From IMG/VR virus record IMGVR_UViG_3300013118_000772: a stretch of DNA of 64,000 nucleotides. One strand, 5' to 3'. Source of the DNA: a virus. Positions 48,101-57,522 of this stretch are shown piece by piece (the stretch's first letter is position 1; each line of letters opens with the position of its first letter). A program made the translations under genes and the position numbers. A model generated the notes under the pieces. The model had not been told where the DNA came from, made no database searches, and was given only the letters and a program-made list of their open reading frames with translations.

Positions 48101-50344
48101 TTATATGAATTTTTCACTATTATATCTTCAAATTATACAAACATGGTAGATGTTGAATCTAGTTTTTTATATATTAATTTAACTGTTCCAATTGTTAATA
48201 ATCGTTCTGGTTTTGAAAATATGGTCCTTGCTGATGTATCTGGTGATTTGAAAGATATTAGTAGATTTAAATTTGATTCATTATCCTCTAATGATTTTTT
48301 TATCAGTAAACTATTGGCTGATAGAAATATTTTTGATTCTTCTTTAACCGGTGAGATATTATATAGATTATCTAATATATTTCGATCCAAAGAAGATTAT
48401 AATAGTTTAAATGATGAATTATATAAAAGTAGGTCATTAAGATTATTTACTTATGATAAAAGTAATATAAATGAAATTTTAGTTAATGAATTTTGGTATA
48501 AAAGATATATTAATAACCTAATTTCATACGATGATTATTTAAATGTATTATTACTTACTGAAAGAAACATAGATAGTTCCATTTCAATAACCGATTTTAA
48601 TAATAAAATATATATGACAAAATTTAATGTATACGAAGTCGAATCATTACAAGACTTTATTGATAAAGAAGCTTTGTTTAATAGAAAGTTATCTGATATA
48701 GTCACTATAAATGAGCTAGATAATATATTATACTCATATAAAAGAAATAATATAGAATATATTTCATATGGAGAATTTTTAAATGATTTATCTATTCATT
48801 TTATTGAAACAGAAGATAGTTCAGGTATAGAAGATAATATTAAAAGAAAAATAGGATTACTACTAGATGAAGAATTGTCTATTAATGATATTAGATTGTT
48901 GTTACTAGGTTTAAAAAGAGATGGATTAGAAAGCATTTCCATATCTGAATTATTAACAAAAACATCGTTTTTCAATAGTGATATTTTGGATTCTTTTAGT
49001 ATATTTGATCAACTGATAAAAAATAAAGTTATATTAAGAAGATTAGATTTAGTTTTGAATATAAATGAAGATTCATTTTTTAAAAGCAATATATTTAGAT
49101 TTTTATATGAAGATATTTCAATTCAAGAATATATTAATAGAATAGGAGTATTTAAAAGAAATATTTTTTCATCAATTGATATTATAGATATAGAAAAAGT
49201 AATAAATCAAAAGAAACGATTAGGTTATGATTCAATAGAAGTGTTGGAACTACTAGATAATTTAGGTTTATATGATAGAGATAGTCAAGATTCAATTGAT
49301 TTGTTAGAGGAACTGGAAAGAAAGGGAATTTTAAGTAGCTCAATTTTCGATTCTGTTTCCTTATCTGAACTAGAAAAAATAATTAATAACTATAATCGAA
49401 ATAAACAATTAAGTGTAAATATAAATGAAATTTTAGATGATTTAGGATTATTTAATCCAAACATATCAGAAGAAGTAAATGTAATAGATATATCATCAAT
49501 TTTATATAACTTGTTTAGATACGGTGATGATCAGGTAATTTTAACAGAGGATTTCAGCTTTATAGATATTTTGTATTACAAATTTCCTTTATATAATGAT
49601 ATTTTAGTTAATGATGATATAATAAGAAATTCAGATTTTCAAAGATTGTTAACTGATGCTCTTTCTTCTAACGACAATATAAATAGATATTACTCTACTA
49701 TTATGATTTTTTATGATCTAGTACAAATACTTCCATCTGCTAATGTTAATAATTTATTTTTTAATTCAATTAATTTAAATATTGATCTATTTGATATAAC
49801 CAAAAGCATGAGTTTATTTTCGAGAAATATTGATTCCAATTTTGGATTATCAGAATCAATAAACAAAGCAATTAATTTTAACAGAAAACTTTTTGAAAAT
49901 TTATCCAGCTTGGATTTTATAACCAAAAGAAGAGTTTCATTTAGAAATATTAATTCTTTTATAAACATCAATGAATTTATAAATAAAACTAGAAGTGCAG
50001 TTTCACCCGTATCAGTAATAACTCCTACTTCTAGTAGTCCTTATGAACAATATAAGATGGAGGTTTTTATTAATGAAACAATGCCAGTAGAAATAATTGT
50101 ATTGGGAAAAGGAATTTTAGTTCCACCTGAATGGGCAAGAATAGTAAACAATGTTAAATGGCTATTTCAAAAAGAAAATATTGGAATTTTAATTCCTCTT
50201 TTAATATTAATTTTAATTGTTATAACAGGATCAGTATTTGTATTAATAAAAAAGAAAGTTAAAAGTAAAGGTAAAAGAGTAAAAGTTAAAAGGAAGAAAA
50301 ATGATAAAGTTAGATATATCAAACGGCGTAATAATGTTAAATAG
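45107..50344 (+). CDS. Giant surface glycoprotein (about 1745 aa): N-terminal signal peptide, beta-rich glycosylated domains, C-terminal degenerate tandem repeats, C-terminal TM anchor
   Basis: ORF track begins at GTG 45482, but the frame is open from 45104 and encodes a textbook signal peptide (KKKVFFVFLLVFTLSNFVFA then EKG). Proposed ATT start at 45107-45109 behind SD GAGGTG. C-terminal IGILIPLLILILIVITGSVFVLI then KKKVKSKGKR. Confidence 0.55.
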   Translation: METASLLKKKVFFVFLLVFTLSNFVFAEKGINWIDENNEITIYSYPVNYLDENTYKPINTTIIQSDVCDFDYCVRSGIYYVDFKSNSNLNNIVKFIYKGQTIYYTPEKLQYIVNNKKSLIANPSKVTGISEGNKFIYPKIYGEGLDLSYDYENTFLKEQLIIDRFDRLPEPGNQLTKDNEEIYLSLEFELDTNDNVNNKFRDKESKVLWDKQSLREFKKIEVLNENNEVLTFLPEPYAIDSKGNKIKLQYQFKKEGQKLIISILTPYSWISDIKRVYPIYIDPSTTLNYNSGGMDSEIDSDTPNSNFGSATNMEVYEVDVSRSLIWFNMSSIMEKAVYSSSMTIYKESGSLATITVYVHRILNEWIENQVTWNNRKTGTAWDTAGGDFSSIAEVSLKEYFGSGWHTWNMTNVTKDIVKGVYTNYGWILTDNPTVYQVRLSTQDNTIGGDIRRPYMTVNYYDSVTIDSALMFPNNPLSSDNITCNTTPVADASTVKIEFRWFNSTHELLYGNVSGVSNNTNSLITTLGSGNYTTGNTINCSLRGYYNSDIGGYSDWKSSLKTISSQPPTWDEIITSVNINHSNNLSIQLNATDPDLDALTWNINESMATINQTGYLFDNPAITDYGNYSLQINVTDGSNTIEMNISYEVINNQPLIDNLDVGPQSDLLPTELHDLVCNYNISDVDSDNLNISFDWYNNGASQSINNGTLGYGNTSIGELWNCSINITDTVLSNYQQSSSVEIKNFYGNFSVDWITPTVNSTHGYYKLILYQYNISCINGYTCGNVNVTLDPITTYKFNSTYENIDFFAYEKEGTGGDIYAAATVNITLNPNLDSNDGSFLPSSSGGGHSLQRFIACVNEKIDRIENITWMYDGSSSSGVGDDMIMFIYNFTNSSWDYFDIIEIDYDITLEYNSSSTDDLINDSGCLLMEIATDEIGSSIKTDYVQLSVEYTEFKGLIDNDPNSEPFYHNGTEINYECGTLNHNESCIASFWVNATGETDLYEFFTIISSNYTNMVDVESSFLYINLTVPIVNNRSGFENMVLADVSGDLKDISRFKFDSLSSNDFFISKLLADRNIFDSSLTGEILYRLSNIFRSKEDYNSLNDELYKSRSLRLFTYDKSNINEILVNEFWYKRYINNLISYDDYLNVLLLTERNIDSSISITDFNNKIYMTKFNVYEVESLQDFIDKEALFNRKLSDIVTINELDNILYSYKRNNIEYISYGEFLNDLSIHFIETEDSSGIEDNIKRKIGLLLDEELSINDIRLLLLGLKRDGLESISISELLTKTSFFNSDILDSFSIFDQLIKNKVILRRLDLVLNINEDSFFKSNIFRFLYEDISIQEYINRIGVFKRNIFSSIDIIDIEKVINQKKRLGYDSIEVLELLDNLGLYDRDSQDSIDLLEELERKGILSSSIFDSVSLSELEKIINNYNRNKQLSVNINEILDDLGLFNPNISEEVNVIDISSILYNLFRYGDDQVILTEDFSFIDILYYKFPLYNDILVNDDIIRNSDFQRLLTDALSSNDNINRYYSTIMIFYDLVQILPSANVNNLFFNSINLNIDLFDITKSMSLFSRNIDSNFGLSESINKAINFNRKLFENLSSLDFITKRRVSFRNINSFININEFINKTRSAVSPVSVITPTSSSPYEQYKMEVFINETMPVEIIVLGKGILVPPEWARIVNNVKWLFQKENIGILIPLLILILIVITGSVFVLIKKKVKSKGKRVKVKRKKNDKVRYIKRRNNVK

Positions 50345-50485
50345 TAACCCGGAAAAAATAGCTATAATTTTGGGTATAATTTTCATTATTTTACTTTGGA
50401 TTTGGATTATGTGGCAAAAATCAAGCTAATAAATAATAAAATTTTTAATATTCAACAATAAATATTATTAATATACGGGGTAAAA

Positions 50486-51250
50486 ATGGAAGAATATGAA
50501 ACTATGGGGTCAGAATTCTCAAAGGAAAAAATTCATTATTTACTATTTTTATTAGGTGTTTACGCTATAATGTTCTTTTTTTACATTGGATTAGCTGATC
50601 CAGCTCAACGAGATTTTTTAATGTTTTATATAGTTTTCGGTTTCATATTAGGAGTAGTTCCATTTTTGTTAGATTTAATTTTTAATAATAATAAGGATTT
50701 GCCTTTGGAAACATTAAGCTACGAAAAGACATCCATTTTTCCAATAGTAAATACTGTTTGGTTTCAACATGCTACATCAATAATAATGTCAATATTTATG
50801 TTTTTAAAAATAAAAGTCACTGGAGAAGCATTTGTTAAAGCTCCTTCATTTCAAGTTAATGTTCCTGTTATACAAAATTTCATACCTGCAATAAATAAAT
50901 TTTCTGGAGCATTGATTAGCGGTATATGTGGAGGAGTGATAGAAACTATTGTATTTTGGGGCTTCTTTTTTCCTACTATTTACGCATTAATGAAAAGTCA
51001 AGATTTTGGGGATATGTTTAGTTTTATATTTGCTACTATATTGATATCTACTGGATTTGTAGCATATCATTGGTGGAAATATGGATATATATTAACTGCA
51101 TTGATAGTAGTATTCTTGTTTGCTATTATACAAAGCTTTTTAGCTTATATATATAGAAGTACATTTCCATTAATTTATACCCATTTTATAAATAATTTTA
51201 CTGTCCAGCTATTTGTATTAGCAGCTTATAGTTTGGTGATAATAACATGA
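50486..51250 (+). CDS. CPBP-family (CAAX protease / Abi-like) intramembrane metalloprotease
   Basis: Polytopic; motifs GVIETIVFWGFF (E-containing motif 1), FVAYHW (FxxxH), THFINNF (HxxxN). Confidence 0.4.
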   Translation: MEEYETMGSEFSKEKIHYLLFLLGVYAIMFFFYIGLADPAQRDFLMFYIVFGFILGVVPFLLDLIFNNNKDLPLETLSYEKTSIFPIVNTVWFQHATSIIMSIFMFLKIKVTGEAFVKAPSFQVNVPVIQNFIPAINKFSGALISGICGGVIETIVFWGFFFPTIYALMKSQDFGDMFSFIFATILISTGFVAYHWWKYGYILTALIVVFLFAIIQSFLAYIYRSTFPLIYTHFINNFTVQLFVLAAYSLVIIT

Positions 51251-51555
51251 CATATAAGCGAGTTTTAATAGTTTTTTTATGTATTTTAATGTTAGCTTCT
51301 TTAGTAAATGCTAATCTGAGTTTGAGAAACATTTTTATAAAAAAGGAATTAAACACAACAGATGAGATAGTGAAAGATGTTGAACAAAGTATTAAAAATC
51401 TTAGTCTTTTAAATAAAATCTTATTTTTCATACTTTTAGCCCTGACGATATTTTTTATGTTTTTTGCCATAAAATATGGATTTAAAGTTTTATTTTTCCT
51501 TTTATTGGTTATCCTTTTAATAGCTATAATGATATATATATCAAAGGTATTATAA
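51247..51555 (+). CDS. Small membrane protein (102 aa)
   Basis: Signal peptide plus C-terminal TM. Confidence 0.3.
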   Translation: MTYKRVLIVFLCILMLASLVNANLSLRNIFIKKELNTTDEIVKDVEQSIKNLSLLNKILFFILLALTIFFMFFAIKYGFKVLFFLLLVILLIAIMIYISKVL

Positions 51556-54203
51556 TGAAAAAAAGAATCAAAAAGTTAATTAAATATATTTTTATAATTT
51601 GCATTCTATTTTTGACCACTGTTTCAGCAGTTCATTCTTATGAAGTTAAAAGAGGATCAAACTGGATTGAAGAATGTAATAAGGACATATGCACTAAATC
51701 CATCTATTTAAACGATATAAATACCAAAAATAAATATGGAATATATAAACCAATAAATGAAGTTTATAAACTTCAATCAAAAACAACAGAAACACTTCAA
51801 CTTATTGGAAAAAATTCTAATACTAATATTACCTTTAGAGGTCTTAATCCAGCTGGAAACGAAATGAACATTAATAGTATAAATGGATTTAATATAGATC
51901 TTCAACAAAAAGCTAAAAGTTATAAATGGGGTTATAGTTTAAAGTTGCCTAATAATAAATTCAAAGCCAAAATATTTATTGAATCAGATAATTTTATTAA
52001 AATATTTAATAATGATATATATGTTGATGGATCAATTATTTCATTTAAAGATGTTCTACCTTATGGATATTTATATGAAATTATAGATTTCAATGATAAG
52101 ACAGCTACTTTGGAAATAACAAAAAATTGGACTAAAAATAATATTAAAAGCAATAGTAATATATATATCGATCCTACTGTAGAATATAATTATACGGTTA
52201 CTGGAGCTTATGCATATTGTGATATAGTATATCAATCATCGCCTCCACCTGATAATGGTCCTAGCATTGGACCAGGAACACAATATTATTTAAATAAATC
52301 CGGTGATTCAAGTTTAGATACAAGTGATAATAATAGAGGAGATTGTGGATATTTAATTTCAGAGAGTCATCATATATGGCAATTTGACTTTTTCTTGGAT
52401 GAAAATCCAAGTATTATATCAGAAATAAACATAACTAGTGAATTACTTAGTAATGCAATAGGAACAGATATTTACTCATATTTTTGGAATTATAGTAACA
52501 ATTCATGGACATTATTAAGTCAGGATAGTGTTTGGCACACAGGTGATAAAACATTAAATCTAACTATTAATTCTGGAATAGAAGATGCAATTAATTCCAC
52601 AACTGGATTATTTACATATGCTATACATAGTTATAAAATCTCGTCCAGTTCTGGAGTTTATCCAGATTTAGTTAAATTAGATGTAACTTATGGAAACCCT
52701 AATAGTGGTAATGTAAGCGAGTTAATTTCTACTACAGATGTTATTGAAAATAAATTTTTAGGAAAAAGAACTTTGAGTGAATTAGTATTGTTTTCAGAAT
52801 CAGTAACAAGAACAATTGGTTTTGCATATGTAAATTTTACTTATAATATCACTCCAATTTCACCTATACCTTTTAACTCAAGTGGTTATTCCTTTACTAT
52901 TACTTGGAATACCACTGGTCAGTCTTTAGATTATACATATGCTAATATTACATATCAAAATGGAACATTAATTAATAGTACGACTGATAAAGAAATTACA
53001 TTAAATAATTTATCTATTAACAATTACTATATAACTTTATGGTCTAATACTACAAGCAATAATATTAGCACTTTTAAAGATGCATGGTACATAACAGATC
53101 AATATGATCCAAAATATTTAAACACAACACTTACTGGTTCACCATACTTAGTAAATAGTGCTTTACAAATTTTTATTAATGCCTCAGATGACGAAAGTAG
53201 CATATCCAGCGTATTTATAGATATATCAGATCCAAATGGAGTTATTTATGGAAATCTAACAACTATTTTAACTTCTGGATTGTGGAAAAAAAGCTATGTT
53301 CCTAACGTGGCAGGAACATGGAATATTAATATGATTTATATATCTGACAATGCTAGTAATTTAATAAAAATAGATCCTAATGTTACCTTTGTTGTTACGT
53401 CTCAATCAACACCTTCTCCAGGTGGGGTAAATCCAGCTGTAACTTCTGAATCAGAGGATGGAAATGGGACATTTAAAATATCACCTAGTGATATTATGGA
53501 TTTAGTAGCAAAGCCTGATGCTTACTTTTCAGTAGATGTAGCTTTAAAGTCAGATAATCAATTTAAATCACTAGTAAGAGTTAAAATTTTTGATCCTTGT
53601 AATTTATATCGAAACTTTTCAAGTTCAGTTAATCCTAATTCACAAAGTTATTTTATAATTGATCCATTTGAAAAAGAAGTTTTTACATTTAACTTTTACA
53701 TGCCCCCAGAATACAATAAAACTAATTGTGGAATAAAACTAACATTTGAAGAAAAGCAAGGATTTACTAAAATACTAACTATTAGAGTTTTAAACAGCCC
53801 ATTTGTATCTACAATTAAAAGATTTTTAACTATTATATATTATCCTATTAAATTTGTAAAAGATGGTGACTCAGTCAATTTGCTAACCCCAGATAGCTTT
53901 GCTGAGTTTCCATCTATTGTTGATCTTACAATTCCATTTTTTGGATCAGTAATAATAATAATTTCGTTTTTTATAATTAGATTTTTATTATATAGATTTA
54001 TAAAAGACCTTAGATTAGATGAAAATAGAAAAACATTAACATTAATAGCGATGGGTATTTCTATACTACCATTCATAATAATGTTCTTCCCTTTTACTAT
54101 TACATGGGTCACTTCTAGTAAGGTTATTGGTATATTTTTCATCATTGCTACTATGGGAATAGTGTGGTCTCTATTTGTTATACCTAAACCAAAATATGGT
54201 TAA
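51555..54203 (+). CDS. Large secreted glycoprotein with C-terminal TM helices (882 aa)
   Basis: Signal peptide MKKRIKKLIKYIFIICILFLTTVSAVHS; very many NxS/T sequons; three C-terminal hydrophobic helices. Confidence 0.5.
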   Translation: MKKRIKKLIKYIFIICILFLTTVSAVHSYEVKRGSNWIEECNKDICTKSIYLNDINTKNKYGIYKPINEVYKLQSKTTETLQLIGKNSNTNITFRGLNPAGNEMNINSINGFNIDLQQKAKSYKWGYSLKLPNNKFKAKIFIESDNFIKIFNNDIYVDGSIISFKDVLPYGYLYEIIDFNDKTATLEITKNWTKNNIKSNSNIYIDPTVEYNYTVTGAYAYCDIVYQSSPPPDNGPSIGPGTQYYLNKSGDSSLDTSDNNRGDCGYLISESHHIWQFDFFLDENPSIISEINITSELLSNAIGTDIYSYFWNYSNNSWTLLSQDSVWHTGDKTLNLTINSGIEDAINSTTGLFTYAIHSYKISSSSGVYPDLVKLDVTYGNPNSGNVSELISTTDVIENKFLGKRTLSELVLFSESVTRTIGFAYVNFTYNITPISPIPFNSSGYSFTITWNTTGQSLDYTYANITYQNGTLINSTTDKEITLNNLSINNYYITLWSNTTSNNISTFKDAWYITDQYDPKYLNTTLTGSPYLVNSALQIFINASDDESSISSVFIDISDPNGVIYGNLTTILTSGLWKKSYVPNVAGTWNINMIYISDNASNLIKIDPNVTFVVTSQSTPSPGGVNPAVTSESEDGNGTFKISPSDIMDLVAKPDAYFSVDVALKSDNQFKSLVRVKIFDPCNLYRNFSSSVNPNSQSYFIIDPFEKEVFTFNFYMPPEYNKTNCGIKLTFEEKQGFTKILTIRVLNSPFVSTIKRFLTIIYYPIKFVKDGDSVNLLTPDSFAEFPSIVDLTIPFFGSVIIIISFFIIRFLLYRFIKDLRLDENRKTLTLIAMGISILPFIIMFFPFTITWVTSSKVIGIFFIIATMGIVWSLFVIPKPKYG

Positions 54204-54256
54204 AATGTTATTTTTTTAATAAAAAAAGACCATTTTTTTAATAAAAAATAATAAAA

Positions 54257-54264
54257 TTTAAATA
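54257..54264 (+). promoter_or_regulatory. Box A-like TTTAAATA element
   Basis: 63 bp upstream of 54327 start. Confidence 0.3.
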
Positions 54265-54326
54265 GTTTCTTCTTTAATAGTATATTTATAAAAATTTTTA
54301 TGATAATTATTCTGGAGGTCTAAAAT

Positions 54327-54524
54327 ATGAAAGTTGAAGTAAGAGTTGCGAATATTAAAACTAAAAAAGGTAGAGGTCTTTATACTGTGGGTGTAATATT
54401 GTTCGGAAGACATGGTAAAAGAGTGGGTACTATTTATAAAGGTAGATTCAAAAGTAAGATAAAAGCAGAAAAGAAAAAAATGGAGTTAGACGATCTATTG
54501 GATATAAAACTAAACAGGAGCTAA
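54327..54524 (+). CDS. Small basic protein (65 aa)
   Basis: SD GGAGGT; Lys/Arg-rich; possible nucleic-acid binding. Confidence 0.35.
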   Translation: MKVEVRVANIKTKKGRGLYTVGVILFGRHGKRVGTIYKGRFKSKIKAEKKKMELDDLLDIKLNRS

Positions 54525-54528
54525 TAAA

Positions 54529-56430
54529 ATGATATCCTCAAAATCACTTATAGTTGTTATTTTTATTTTACTAGCTTTTTCTTTAGGGGGCTTATTTATA
54601 TTTAAACCTTTTGAAGCATCTATATTTGAATCTGGAACAGTCAATCAAGTACAAAAAACTTGTCCTGTAAATCATAAATGTTTTGCTAGACCTATTTTAG
54701 ATTGTACAAGTCCAGATATCGAACAGAAAGTAGTATTTAGAACTAATAGCAAATGGATAGCTTTTGATTGGGATGAAGATGGAGATCTTGATTGTTTTTC
54801 AAATCACGTAAATCCATCTCCTCGGTATAATATTGATTGGAATAGTAAATTTTTAATTCCTTTTGATTCACCAATCTGGAAAGGACAAGTAATGTATGCT
54901 TATGCAAATTGGGTATTTATATCAAATAAGGATGCTAGTTCATCTGGCTATGGAGCAACAGATAGATTTTTTGCTGGATCTGGTTGTGAATTATCTTCCA
55001 CACCTACAAGCAATGGATTTTACGAAGTTTTAGAAGGAGAACAGAATACATACAATTGCATTAAAGCAATAAAAATTGATGGTCAACTTCAAGATTACAT
55101 TTCTTGGAAAAGTGATAATCCTACACTTGCCGAAGGATATTCTCCTTCAAATTATGAATATGAATTATCACAAAGTCAAACTTTTGAGTATGCAGGTGAT
55201 TTTTATTGGGACGCAATACTTTTGGAAGAAATAATTAATGAATGTTCCATACCTGATGGTAGATCATTAGAAATTGGCAAATCAACATGTTATAATAATA
55301 ACGTAGTTAAATGTGATATAGAGAGCTTTACAGGAAATATAAAGCTTAAGACAGAAAAATGTTTGGAAGAAAATAAATGTAATCAAAATACTTTTACTTG
55401 TGAACCACCTTATACAGTAAATGTAAAACTTAATGATGAAGTAGCAAATGAAAATGATTTTAAACAAATTGAAAGAGGAAGTAAAATAAATTTGGAAGTA
55501 GAGGTAATTGATTATAGCACAAGATCAAATACAGTGAGTGTATTTATTTCAGGAACTTCTATAAGTGACGCAGATTTTTCATCAAGAGAGTTAAGAAAAT
55601 TTACTTTGGATACACCAATAACTGTTGGTAAATATTATCTAACAGTCAACATTGATCATGAAGAAGGAATATTCAGTAAGGAATATCCAATAGATATTAT
55701 AGAACCAATTATAATCGATTTCACCTCGCCAAGCCATATCCAGTATGATAATAAGCCTATTGAAGTAGTGGCTTTTACTTATACTGGGTTTGGCACTTCT
55801 GAGTCAGTAGTTGATATTAAATTTTCAGCTATTTACGAAGGAAGGTCAGTAGAACCAATAAAGGTTATTCCTAAAGCAACTAGTTTCGAGGTTTTTTATA
55901 ATTTAGTTGGTAATGGCGACCTTTATATTCAAGCACAAGTTCAAAGGGAAAAAGGAGGGATTTTATCTGATTGGACAAAACCATATCATGTAGTTGTCAA
56001 AAAAGCTATAATAGAAGTTAAACCTGAGTTTATTAATAATTTAGGAATAAGTACACATACTAATTACTTTACAACAAGTATAGCTGGAGAATTAATAGAA
56101 ACTGATAATATAGTTGAAGTATCACAACACGGTAGAATAGTAGCGTCATATAATCCGGTAAGGGTAAGTAAAGGAAGATATAAATTTGATCATTACTTTG
56201 ATGAGGCTGGTACTTATACAGTATTTATAAGCAGTAGATCAGGAATAATTACTGGATGTTTAAAAAATTCAGGTTCGCTACAATGTGATGGAGAAAAAAT
56301 ATCTATTGTCAAAGGAGGTAATATTGATCCTAATGATGATGTAGTTAAAACCAATCCTTTATTATACTTAGTTATAATAGTATTTTCAGTAGCAATAATC
56401 TATTTAATATATATGTTGAGGAACAAATGA
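54529..56430 (+). CDS. Secreted protein with C-terminal TM anchor (633 aa)
   Basis: Signal peptide; Cys-containing extracellular region; C-terminal LLYLVIIVFSVAIIYLIYML then RNK. Confidence 0.45.
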   Translation: MISSKSLIVVIFILLAFSLGGLFIFKPFEASIFESGTVNQVQKTCPVNHKCFARPILDCTSPDIEQKVVFRTNSKWIAFDWDEDGDLDCFSNHVNPSPRYNIDWNSKFLIPFDSPIWKGQVMYAYANWVFISNKDASSSGYGATDRFFAGSGCELSSTPTSNGFYEVLEGEQNTYNCIKAIKIDGQLQDYISWKSDNPTLAEGYSPSNYEYELSQSQTFEYAGDFYWDAILLEEIINECSIPDGRSLEIGKSTCYNNNVVKCDIESFTGNIKLKTEKCLEENKCNQNTFTCEPPYTVNVKLNDEVANENDFKQIERGSKINLEVEVIDYSTRSNTVSVFISGTSISDADFSSRELRKFTLDTPITVGKYYLTVNIDHEEGIFSKEYPIDIIEPIIIDFTSPSHIQYDNKPIEVVAFTYTGFGTSESVVDIKFSAIYEGRSVEPIKVIPKATSFEVFYNLVGNGDLYIQAQVQREKGGILSDWTKPYHVVVKKAIIEVKPEFINNLGISTHTNYFTTSIAGELIETDNIVEVSQHGRIVASYNPVRVSKGRYKFDHYFDEAGTYTVFISSRSGIITGCLKNSGSLQCDGEKISIVKGGNIDPNDDVVKTNPLLYLVIIVFSVAIIYLIYMLRNK

Positions 56431-57512
56431 AAAATAAAATATTATTGATAATAACTTTATTATTAATTATACCTTCAATTACTGCTTATATGCCAGAAAC
56501 ACATGACTACATAAATATAGAGGGATTTGAAAAAGTACCTAATAGCCCTGGTGGGGTTATTGTAGGAAACCACATGGATGACTTCCTGGCTTGTAATCTT
56601 TTATCTGACATAAGTGTATTTTATTATTTTAGTGAAGGATTTTCCAGTATAGGTCAAGTTTATAAAGATACACATGATGTGGAGCTATGTCGGAGAATGA
56701 TGCAACTTGCTGGAAGTGATGAAGTCAAACTTGCTTGTGCTTATGGAACTTGTGCTCATCATGTCCAAGATTCTGTAGCTCATAATAATTTAGTTCCAGA
56801 TATGATTTTAAATACTGGAATGCCTAATGGTTTTATTCATGTCTTTACAGAAGAAGATGTTAATGATAATATAGTTAAAAGAAATGCCATGTTAAGAAAC
56901 AATGTAAAAAATGCCTTAAACAGTAGAGCACCTGTTCATAAAGATATGTTTAGACAAGCTTTAGTAAATTCAGAAGCAACACAGGCTATCAATTTTGATA
57001 GTATGTATGATAAGTTTGTTGATACCGTAGCTGGCAGTTCAACATATAGTCCCGGTTTCAAAGGATTTACAGCTATTCCAGGTGACATGCATGTTACATT
57101 ATTATTATTATTTACTCTTTCAATAACATCAGTAGTATTATTACTTAAAAGATCAAACAATTTATTCGGTAAAATGCTTATAGGAATAGGGATTATAATA
57201 GCTGTATTTATTATATCATTATATATAATGTTCCTAACTAACACTTTATGGATGGCATTCCAAGCCGTTAGTACACCTGTTACAGCAGTTTTAAATATAC
57301 CCAATATGGAATCATATATAATTAAATCAGTAGATAATACAGCCAATTTACTTAATTATGGATTAAATTTTGCACTTACCGTACAAGATCCAGCAGGTGA
57401 AAGTCAACTTACTTTAGCCACAGAAGCAGGAAGAAGTACAAGACTTATAATAGAAATGTTAATAGGAATACTTGTTGCATTAACAGTATATTTAGCGTTA
57501 AAGAAAGAATAG
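56427..57512 (+). CDS. Membrane-anchored metallohydrolase, zinc phospholipase C / P1-nuclease-like (tentative)
   Basis: Signal peptide then THDY, GNHMDD, CAHHVQDSVAHNN (H-x3-D-x3-H-N-N resembles the H-x3-D-x5-H-x-A-N Zn site of Zn-dependent PLC/S1-P1 nucleases); three C-terminal TM helices. Confidence 0.3.
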   Translation: MKNKILLIITLLLIIPSITAYMPETHDYINIEGFEKVPNSPGGVIVGNHMDDFLACNLLSDISVFYYFSEGFSSIGQVYKDTHDVELCRRMMQLAGSDEVKLACAYGTCAHHVQDSVAHNNLVPDMILNTGMPNGFIHVFTEEDVNDNIVKRNAMLRNNVKNALNSRAPVHKDMFRQALVNSEATQAINFDSMYDKFVDTVAGSSTYSPGFKGFTAIPGDMHVTLLLLFTLSITSVVLLLKRSNNLFGKMLIGIGIIIAVFIISLYIMFLTNTLWMAFQAVSTPVTAVLNIPNMESYIIKSVDNTANLLNYGLNFALTVQDPAGESQLTLATEAGRSTRLIIEMLIGILVALTVYLALKKE

Positions 57513-57522
57513 GAGGAATTTA

